Positions 9,901-21,900 of a stretch of DNA of 64,000 bases are shown piece by piece. A model generated the notes under the pieces. It was not told where the DNA came from. It did no database searches and worked only from the letters and a program-made list of their open reading frames with translations. Numbering within the stretch: position 1 is the first letter of the stretch; each line of letters starts with the position of its first letter. Made by a program: the position numbers and the translations under genes. The stretch is from Ylistrum balloti (lineage: Eukaryota), in assembly GCF_031769215.1 (NCBI RefSeq), contig NW_026782196.1, forward strand, positions 620,001 to 684,000, read 5' to 3'.

Positions 9901-12900
9901 AAATAGTATGATCTAAGTGTGATTTATTTGTGATTTATTTCCTGTTACTGGTTGTTATGTCAGAAAAAATCAATGACACAAAAGGGGTCCCATTTTCAGC
10001 AATAACCAAATAACAATTGCTCAACTAGAATTCATACATACATGATAAATATGAAAATGATGAGTATCCTTTGTCAAATTCAATAGGAAAACATTCTAAT
10101 ATGAAATTGGAAATTGTCTGTAGAAAAGACAGAAAACAGTATAACTCGCATCTGCCTTTATCCTTAAATAAGATATTGGAAATTGTCCGTAGAAAAGACA
10201 GAAAGCAGTATAACTCACCTCCTCCTTCTTCCTTCTCTTTTCATCCTCCTTTATCTTCTGTTGTTCCTTGCGTTGTTTCTTGGAAGTTTTCATCTTGGAG
10301 GCCCAGTTACCACTATCATTGAGGTCAAGGTCGGCACTGTCCATACTTGTTGCCATCAAACCACCAAAGCGATCCTGTGATAAAAACTTTAAATTATTAT
10401 AATTCTATCCATCTTACGTGTTCCAAGTCAATATGTTTACACAGGAGAAAAGTGTAATATATTAATACAACAGGCCCATGGGCCTTAACGGTCATCGGTC
10501 ATAAAATACAAGATTTCAAATTTTGAACTTGAGAAGAAGTCGAAAATGTGTTTTCAAGGTGGCGGCCATGTTGGATTTCGGACCATCCTGAAATTAATAA
10601 ACTTTGGTCAGGATCATATCACGATCATTTCAGGTAAGTTTCAGCTCAATGAGACATGTAGAACTTGAGAAGAAGTTGAAAATGTTTACGACGGATGACA
10701 GATAGTGCCGGATAAAAGGCAATTGCATTAAGTCATCAGGCCCTTCGGTCAGATGACCTAAAAACATTGAGAAGCTCAAATTTGTCCCATTAATCCTGAG
10801 TACACTGTTACTGTAAACTTTGTTTTACAAACAAAGAGTTTGAATTCTATTTGATTATGTTCTATTTCAACTAGAACAATTTTATCTTCATGTGCCATTT
10901 AATGTAACAAGATGATGAAATGTTACAATTCTCATTTTAAAATGAGCTTCCCACTCCCAGTCTTTTGATATATACTTTCATAAAAGAATTCTTTAGTGAG
11001 ATTTTACAATATCATACTTCTCCAAACCAAATCCCTATTCAACTCCTGTTATATTTTTGCCTACAAACACATTGCTGAAGTACTATAACAGGTGATCTAC
11101 AACTATAACAAGAGGCCCATGGGCCGTAACGGTCATCTGACATAAAATACAAGATTTCAAATTTTGAACTTGAGATGAAGTCGAAAATGTGGTTTCAAGA
11201 AGGCGGCCATGTTGGATTTCGGACCAACCCGAAATTAACAACTTTGGTCAGGATCATGTCACGATCATTTCAGGTAAGTTTCAACTCAATGAGATGTGTA
11301 GAACTTGAGAAGAAGTTGAAAATGTTTATGACGGTCAGATGACCTAAAAATATAAACAACCCACAAACTTAAACTTTAATACAAGGAGGCTGCACATTTA
11401 TGCAAATAAACTAGTTTGTCAGTTCTTTCAATGTAATGTCTCAAACAGAAATTGGAATGGATCTGCAGATATTAATACACCCCTTCATACTTAGTCAAAG
11501 TTTGTCAGAAAACACTAAGAAAGATAAATAGTTCTGTCCTTATTTCATAGTGAACATCCCAGGTCCAGAGATACTGATTTGAAACTGGACAGGATAACAC
11601 AAGACAATATGGAACAGGACAGCTAGAGAAGAGGACACAACAGAGAGATGGGTAATAATTCTGAGTGACTATCATACTGAAGACCATGGTGTAAAATCCA
11701 AGATCTACTTACCCGAGGCAAGGTTGCAAACTCCCTCTCTCCATATACTATGTCCCTGTAATGGCCTACAACAGATGTCTGTCTTTTAGCAAAATGTTAT
11801 CAAAAATGAAGAGAGTCAACTCATCGTAATTGATCCATTAACACAATTTTTATAAAACTTTAGGAGTAAATTATGTTTTAAAGCTTTATTTTTGCCTACA
11901 TATTTGAACCAAATTTTACTCACACAATTTTAATTTACAAAAACTTCACATAAGCCTACTAAAGTGACAAGAGTTTTACATACTAGGAGGTGAGCCAGCC
12001 AGGTTGTCACTGTCTGACAGCTGAGGACTAAAGGCTTGCCCACTACTCTCACTACCACCTGGTGGCCGACGCTTTTTAATTTTGGGTGGTTTCTTCTCCT
12101 TGCGAACTAATTGCAGCTCATCTCCCGTGCCCTCACTTCCATCAGAAGGGGAATTACTCCGTTCTACAAAGGCACGACACGCAATTTACAATAAATAATC
12201 CAATCACTACTGTATATTTCAGGATCTGTACATAGTATTTTGTTTACCTTTAAAAACTTACAACTTATAAGACTAGAGAAAAATTCTTCAATGATTCTGA
12301 TGTTCCAGTATTGTAAAATGATATATTTTCATGGGGCTCAAGTTTCATGTATTTTTTTCTATAAACTCCCTATTTCATTGACATTTTATTTTGTTGATGA
12401 ACATCCATGAAATAAATATGAATTTCTGGTTAAGGAGTACCCAAGAATCAGCCAAAGTAAATCCAAAAACAAGATGCTACATCCTTCTCATAATGGACAA
12501 AGACAGAAAACCCTTACATGTGGATAACAAATTAGTGACTGACCTCGATCACGGTCACGTATTCTCAAGTGACGGAACTGACTGGCCAGATCAGAGTTCA
12601 TTGGATCTCCACGGACAGCCTGGGGTTTGGACTTGGTCTTTTTCTTGTGTGGAGTTGGTTTCCTGTTACACTTTGTGTACAGACTCTTTTCTCGCTCACG
12701 CTCCAGTGAACTGAACTCAGAATCTTCCGAATCTGTATTGCCTTCTGTTTAATAAACCAATCAATAATTTTTGTGAAAAATTATTTTGAATAGGTTTGCA
12801 TTGTATAACATTTCTGTTAGTTAAAAACCCTTCAAACTATGGTAGCCTTCTTAAAGGGTCTATCCATCATTACTTCAGTGCATTATTATCAATTAGGAGA

Positions 12901-15900
12901 TAAGAATATTGAGGAAGAGACTTACTTTTACGCTGCTGTGAGCGAACCCTCTGGAGGATACCATCAGGAAGAGCATCATTAACTGAAGCGTAGTCAGATT
13001 CTGGTGTCGGGGAACTCACCACATCCTGTAATGTCATGGTAAAACATCAAAATAGAAATATACCAGGTCATTCTTCCTCCCTAAGAAGTTTGTGTATCAA
13101 GAAGCCATTAAGAAAGAGAGCATATATTTTTGTGGTATTTTCACAGGTTAGTATCCTAGAGAAAGTCAAGATTATAAAGATATTTTTCCTCGTTTAAGAC
13201 AAGGAAATCTATGTCTGAGGGAAAGAATGTTGCTTTTTAATCCAAGGCTTTTTTTAACTTTAGGATTGGACAAGGAAATCTCTATCTGTGGAAGAGATTC
13301 TTGTCTATCTAATATAAGGCTTTAACTTTAGGGTTGGACAAGGAAATCTCTATCTGAGAAAGAGATTCTTGTCTATCTAATCCAAGGCTTTAACTTTAGG
13401 GTTGGACAAGGAAATCTCTATCTGAGGGAGAGATTCTTGTCTATCTAATCCAAGGCTTTAACTTTAGGGTTGGACAAGGAAATCTCTATCTGAGGGAGAG
13501 ATTCTTGTCTATCTAAACCATGGCTTTAACTTTAGGGTAGGACACAGAAATCTTTTTTATGGGGGAGAGATTGTTGTCTATCTTATCATAGGCTTTAACT
13601 TTAATAGGCATTAGGGTAGGATCGAGAAATTTCTATCCAAGGAGATTCTTGACTGTCTGACCCATTGACTTGCCAAGTTTTAGGGCTCCCTCGATACTCC
13701 AGGGGTTACAATCACTTTCGCTCTCTGCAACCCCTGGAATATGCAACAGTAAGTTTGAAGGCATAAGCAAAGTAATTTCATTGGTTTCAGGAGAAAAAAC
13801 TGACTGATTAGAGGCTGATTCGCTCCCTTTGAAGATTACAAAGGAGTGACACCAAACTTCAAAGCTATTACAATATACCGTTATGTGACCCCTAGATTAA
13901 TTTGATATTCATCAGAGTATCAAACTGGTCTTCTCGTCTTATCAAGATGTCGCACATTGGAACCTTCAATTTTGCATGAAATATTCCAGGGGTACAGAGA
14001 GCCAAAAATGATGGTAACTCCTGGAGTATAGAGGCCGTTTTTAAGGTTGGTCAAAGAAATCTATCCTTGAAAGAGATTCTCTTCTGTCTGCTTCAAGGCT
14101 TTACCTTAATTACGGGAGGAAGAGAAATATCTGTCTAGGGCAATTCTTGTCTAACTCTAGGCTTTACCTTAATTTCCCATAGCAGAGCTGCGTTTATATT
14201 AATGCAACTCTAGGCTTTACCTAAATTTACCATAGCAGAGCTGCGTTTATACTAGTGCAACTCAAGGCTTTACCTAAATTTACCATAGCAGAGCTGCGTT
14301 TATACTAGTGCAACTCAAGGCTTTACCTAAATTTACCATAGCAGAGCTGCGTTTATACTAGTGCAACTCAAGGCTTTACCTAAATTTACCATAGCAGAGC
14401 TGCGTTTATACTAGTGCACAGGTGAAGGTTTGTATTTGTAAATTAGGCAACCAAACTTAAAATTAAAAACACTGTAGTCTTTTTACCGTAACATTTTTAC
14501 ATTTTTATGTGCACAGCCTTCCTCTTTCCCAACCCAACTCAGTGCTATCAATGTTATGTCAATGTAGAATGTTCACGAGTAGGAATTTATTGTTTTATTC
14601 TAAAATAATGTTGAAGGGACTTGCAACTCGTAAAGATATAAATGTGAACATGATATTTGTTTTAATCTAGGTATTAATTTCACTAAATTATGTGTATAAG
14701 AGTGGGTGCATATTCATCTGTGTGTGCTGCAATGGCAAGTGTTTCACATTACATTTTCTGTTTCATATTCGTAGTTATAACTGTTTATTGAAATAAACGA
14801 TATTATTGTATCTATTTATTACTTATATACTACTGCCATCCTATGCTATGAGACATGTATCCAGTCAACAACGGATGAATGTACAGTCAATCTTCATTGC
14901 ACAATGTTTCCCTTCATTGAAACACGGCTAAATAGAACCATCGGATAAGTCAAATATTTCATTAGGTCCCGCTGACTTCTTTGTGTTTACTATACCTTAA
15001 CAGTAGCATAGTCAGATGAGATCTCTATGTGTTCTGGTAAGGCCAGTGGAGCCTGTATAGCATTCTTGGACGGCTTTCTTCCAGCAAACTGCAACATATA
15101 ATCACACATCTATCGAGGATACCTCTTCATTTTAAACAGTTTTATGTGTTTGATGACACTTAATCCACTTAATCATCGCATACAAACTTCATGCTGGTTG
15201 TCCCATATGAAAATCTATTCACATATTTAACCATAAATTACTGAAAGATAATATCTGAAATATTTCTCTGTAGATCTTACCTGTGGATTTCGTGAATGAT
15301 AGATTTCATTTTCCCTCCAAATCGTTTCCTCTGAACTTCTCCGTGAATCATCATCCAGTCGACCTGGAAGGAGCAAAGGCTACATGCTGATTCTATAATT
15401 CCCACTACTTCACTAAATAGTAGATATACCACTACAGAATGACTAGCCAATATTAGCAACACTACTGGTGCAATATGTGTCAGACATCTCTACCAGTGAG
15501 TGTCTAAAAGGCCATGGCTACAATACTTAAATGTCAACAGATCAAAAATGTTCATAATATCCATTATCAATGTCTAATGTCAACGTCTCATCATGTGTCT
15601 TGACACAAAATTTTACAGTTTATGATAAATCCTGTGTTTAACGTCACTGTCTCATCATGTGTAGACACAAAATTTTACGGTTTATGATCAATCCTGTGTT
15701 TAACGTCACTGTCTCATCATGTGTCTTGACACAAAATTTTACAGTCCTGTGTTTAACGTCACTGTCTCATCATGTGTAGACACAAAATTTTACGGTTTAT
15801 GATCAATCCTGTGTTTAACGTCACTGTCTCATCATGTGTCTAGCCCCAAAATTTTACTGTTTATGATAACACTGTGTTTAACATCACTGTCTTATCATGT

Positions 15901-18900
15901 GTCTAGACACAAAATTTTACTGTTTATGATCAATCCTGTGTTTAACATCACTGTCTCATCATGTGTCTAGCCCCAAAATTTTACTGTTTATGATAACACT
16001 GTGTTTAACATCACTGTCTTATCATGTGACTAGACCCAAACTTTTATTGTTTATGATAAATTCTATGTATATTGTCAATGTATGTATATAATCATCATGT
16101 GTTGTTACATTAACCCAGAAGTAACAGGTACCCCAACATTAACAGGTACCCCAACATTAACAAGTACCCTAACATTAACATATACCCTAACATTAACAGA
16201 TACCCTTATGTTAACAGGTACCCTAACATTAAATGTACCCTAACATTAACAGGTACCCCAACATTAACAGGTACCCCAACATTAACAGATACCCTTATGT
16301 TAACAGGTACCCTAACCTTAACAGGTACCATAACATTAACAGGTACCCCAACATTAACAGATACCGTAACATTAACAGATACCCCAACATTAACAGGTAC
16401 CCCAACATTAACAGGTACCCCAACATTAACAGATACCGTAACATTAACAGGTACCCCAACATTAACAGATACCGTAACATTAACAGATATCCTAACATTA
16501 AAGGTACCCCAACATTAACAGGTACCACAACATTAACAGATACCCTAACATAAACAGGTACCCCAACATTAACAGATACCCTTATGTTAACAGGTACCCT
16601 AACATTTAATGTACCCTAACATTAACAGGTACCCCAACATTAACAGGTACCCCAACATTAACAGATACCGTAACATTAACAGATACCCCAACATTAACAG
16701 GTACCCCAACATTAACAGGTACCCCAACATTAACAGATACCGTAACATTAACAGGTACCCCAACATTAACAGATACCGTAACATTAACAGATATCCTAAC
16801 ATTAAAGGTACCCCAACATTAACAGGTACCACAACATTAACAGATACCCTAACATAAACAGGTACCCCAACATTAACAGATACCCTTATGTTAACAGGTA
16901 CCCTAACATTTAATGTACCCTAACATTAACAGGTACCCCAACATTAACAGGTACCCCAACATTAACAGATACCGTAACATTAACAGATACCCCAACATTA
17001 ACAGGTACCCCAACATTAACAGGTACCCCAACATTAACAGATACCGTAACATTAACAGGTACCCCAACATTAACAGATACCGTAACATTAACAGATATCC
17101 TAACATTAAAGGTACCCCAACATTAACAGGTACCGCAACATTAACAGATACCCTAACATAAACAGGTACCCCAACATTAACAGATACCCTAACATAAACA
17201 GGTACCCCAACATAAACAGGTACCCCAACATTAACAGGTACCCTAACATTAACAGGTACCATAACATTAACAGGTACCCTAACATTAACAGGCATCCTAA
17301 CATTAACAGGTACCCTAACCTTAACAGGTACCATAACATTAACAGGTACCCTAACATTAACAGGTACCCTAACCTTAACAGATTCCCTAACATTAACAGG
17401 TACCATAACATTAACAGGTACCCTAACATTAACAGATACTCTGAAAAGTTAATAGACAGCTGCTGATATCTATTACACAGATTCATAAAAATCATTTTCT
17501 TGAATTTGCTTTTATTTACTGGTACTCAAATTTTGGAAATTTGACAGCATATTTTTAATACTGATAGAATTGCAAAAAATTGTTCAGCCCTATAATTGGT
17601 TAAGTTTCTATTTCTCTTCTTTTTCAAAACAATTTTCAGAAGCCTCTGTAAGAAAATGTTACATACAAGAAAGCAGTATACAAATATTTTTATGCTGTTA
17701 AAATTCATATACAGTAAAGACAAGATATCATCACTGAAATCTGAAAACACTCTGTGGACATAGATGATACCAGTATATTCTGAACAGCAGCCTATATTAG
17801 AAAGGAGAACTCTCTTTTCCCCCTCTCATACATAAATCTTTACATGCCACATAAAATTCACATAATTTATTAACACAATTAATGATATGATGATATATAG
17901 TGGATAAATGAGAGGCAAAGTTAGAAATCACACAACAGAAGAATGAACCTGATCTTATAAAAGATCTTTATGCAAATAAAAAATAATGGAAATGGCTTGA
18001 TGAAGAAACTGGTAAAGAGATCCATGATGCTACAGACTTAAAGAGGTATGACTCAGTTGAAAATGGTATAGGTTAAGGTCGTGGATGTACTGACTACAAT
18101 TTGTGATTGGTGTATCCTATTCATCAAGAACTAGGACAAAAAGGTAGCAAGTGTATGACAAGATATATCATAGGTGTGATTAAATCATTGAAGACATATT
18201 CATCATAAGTACATACAGGTTAAAAGGTCAAAAACTCACAACAATGTCATAGAAACAGACATCTTAAAGAGTTATCAAATGATTGTATAATGGAAAGGTC
18301 ATAATTAATGGGTAGAAAGGTCACATGATTATATAATGAAAAAGTCACAGGATTATTTATAAAGGAGAATACATTTCTATTATGAAAAAGTAAAACATAT
18401 GAAGGACATGACAAGAATAGACAGAAACACTGTAGACAAGGTAGACAGAAAAGGGACAAAGTGTTGATACATTTTAGTGTCTGTGTAAGATCACTGTATA
18501 TGGTGCAGAGTTAAAAACATCAAGGACACGACAGATGTGTCAAGTGTAGGACGATGGTTAAAAAGAAACTGTAAACAACAAAGCAAATTTGCACCTATTA
18601 ATTCAGAAAAGTCAACAGTAGTACAATGAATTATACATATTACATACCATATGCTGCAAGAGAATTTGTTATGTTAGGCATGCACTTGTCTGGTACATCA
18701 TCACTAACCACATTCCAATGCACAGAGGATTAACATCATTTCTAACGGCATGGAGTTCATGTTTTCTTACATAAAATTTTGAATTTTTTTTCATTTCATT
18801 CCTTCTAATAAAATCTCCATAGATAAATCAAACTCAACTTGTACCCCTTCCCCTACAACCCCATCAAAAAGATATGTCAGAAAGTTTTTGTGTTGCAATG

Positions 18901-21900
18901 AAATTTGTGCAAATGAGGTATTATTATCCGATGTCATAAGACTGACTTTTCCCTCCAAAACATTTACCATTCACTCCAATACTGTATTGGACAGGCAGGC
19001 ATCTCTAACCGGTTAGCTAGGTACATGCATTATCTTTTGACTACAAGGCAAGTATATATACTAGTTAACCTTGCGGTTAATGCAACAACACAAAGGCACC
19101 CAGCCACACAGCGATGCAGGGTAGGCCGCAGGTGTTAACATATTGTATAATACTGTGTCACCTCCAATCTCTCTTCTACAAAAACCTCATACAATATAAG
19201 AACCTACACTTTTTAAGTTTGCTCACTTCACATGAAACTGAGACAGGTATAAAAGTCCCATTTTCAGATTTTTTTTCAGAAGAAAGAAATTTGCATTAAT
19301 TATCCATTATTAACTTTCATCAGAAGCTAAAATTTTAAGCAGATTACTTTGTAATACACCAGAAACATTTCTAATTATCACAAATTTTTCAATAGCTTTC
19401 ATTTTTTATAATACCGCGTTCTACTGGATGGATTGTACCAGGATAATCTGAGGAAGAGAGATCAGCCATGACACACTCCAATGGACATTGTAATTAAAAC
19501 AATCACCGTTGCCTGGATTGATTAATTTGGCATCAGAGGGGAATGTGCTCGCCTTCTTCTGTGGTCTCCGCGGTTCATTAATGGCCCAGGCTGATGGGAG
19601 GATGGGGAGAGAAAAAGACATTATCATTCAAGGCAATGTCAGGCTATAGCCCAATACATTGCTAGGTTACAGACCAATATATCCATTTATACATACTGTC
19701 ATTATTACAAGTGATACCTGGTACAGAATACTTATCTCCAGCATCAACATTTCACCTTCAAATGTATAGAAATAGGGAGTAAAGAAGAGACAGAATAAAG
19801 ATGGAGCCAACATTTTGTTTGGAATAAGAAATTGAGAAATTTATTGGGTGTATGTCTCAGGAATGACCTAAAGTTCATAGTCGAAGTCTTGAATTCTAAC
19901 ATCTTGATAATGGGATGCCAAATAAAATGGTCTACAACATCACAGAAACATTGATACATTCAACAAATACAAGATCACTGTTATATAACTTTTGGATTAT
20001 CAACAACTAAATACAACACTACACTTCAGTTTAATTCAATATATATCTATACTGGAAAAACATACTAACAACATTTCTACTACTGAACAATATTTCAATT
20101 GTTTGTTAACACACCATTCGACACACTTTGATGATGTTTAGTGTCTAACCCTGCAGCAATACAAAAAGTAAAGAGATGTTTTGCCAGGTAAATCTTTCTT
20201 AATTGTGACACAAGTGATGAAGGTAACTCAGAAGTGTACAAGATTTTTCGGTGCACTTCTTGCAAACTTTTGAAGTGATGAACACTAGCTCTTCACCAAG
20301 ATTTTTATCTCTTCACCAAGATTTTTATATCATATAAAAAGTACATATTTAATGATCAATGAATGTTTTTTTGACAATTAGCATTACCTTCTAAGTATAT
20401 TTTTTAACGTATAGAACACTGTAACTTTTTCAAAGTAATTAAAACTTAAAGGTCAGCATATCAGTAAAACAATTAATCCCTGATAGAGGTATTCCTGTTT
20501 ATGACTAAAGAAAGCAATTCTTATGGTATATGCTTAAAATGTTATGATCAGGGATGATCAGAAATTCTTTTGGGTCTACTGAGAAAAAATCTTTCTACAC
20601 TATCCCAGGGCTTGAGGGCCTGTAATTTCCACTAGCTGAAGCTGAAAATTGGTAGCCCTGGGCATCAGGTAAGCTTTACACTCCTGGATAACTCCTTATA
20701 AAGTAATCTTGCTGAATTTTCTAATCAGTACATTGTGTAACAATTATTTTTGGTTTTGGAACTGAATTTTCTTAATCATCAAGGTTCTTTCTCAAATGAT
20801 AACATCAAATTTTCAGCAATAAATAGGACAATCATCATTAATTAAAACTTAGTGACAAGATAGGTAGAAATTATCTAAACATTTACAATGTATGCAAGTC
20901 ATAAATTATAAGTATAAAGACAACAAAAAAGATTTAATACCAATACAGAGCTCAGCTAACAACAAAGAAAGAAATATTTTTTTACAAAAAAAGAGCAGAT
21001 GACAACAAAAAACAATGATATCACAGCAAGGAAAGGAAATAATATATTACTTACATCTAACGATTATTGTATATGATAAACAAGGTGTATAGTGAGCAAT
21101 TTTAAGGATTTTTTATGAAGATTCTTTCAATAGTATCTAGTAACTGTAGTTACTGTCAATATATATGTATACTGCCTTTAAATCTTACATACAACACGTC
21201 ATAGTGTTCACATGAATGTATGAATCTCATAAAATGAAGTATCGGATCGTGATCCCATAGTGTTGACAGGTAATTGGTATAATTCCAAAAATCTTATACT
21301 TTATTTGTAAAAGGTTCAATTTTTTTTTATACTTAAGTATATGAAATTTCTGAAGGTTAAAAGACATAGACAATAGACATACTAAGTGCCAGGAAAGCTA
21401 GCTGTATTCACTTAAAATAGAAATAATAAAGGGAGATATCTTATCACTAATAATCTAATGGCTTATATGTTACAGTAGTAACATAAGGGAGATAACTGGT
21501 TCAGAAAAAGCAATGTCAATGCTGGCACAACATCAAATACATGTACTAGTCAGTATCAACAGTGGATGCTCAACAAATTACTAGATCTAAAAAGCGCAAA
21601 TCAAAAATGAAAGAAAAATAAGTAGTGATCTAACAAAAAAAACCATTACAGAAAAATAATAGTCAAAGAATGGTTCACATTGAATATGTATGTGCAGAGT
21701 CACTGAAGTGCTTAAATATGTGAAGGGAGGATGTAGGAAATAATATCTGGAATCTGCTGGAAATAAAATCTGAGGCAAAAAAGAATCTGTAAATGATGGA
21801 AGCGGAATTCTAGGATCTTCTGGACCAATCACAAAAAGCTAACAAAATAAATAATCACAGAAGCCAATAATCTATTTTTCATTCCATGATATATCCACCA

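Noticed and set aside
16233-17495. Long periodic ORFs (YPNINR, MLGYLL, TLTG repeats)
   Set aside because: Translations of the 18-bp minisatellite in an intron; no splice or homology support.
21587-21832. ORF with a hydrophobic C-terminus as an alternative terminal exon
   Set aside because: Expected from T-rich intron sequence; no donor and no homology.
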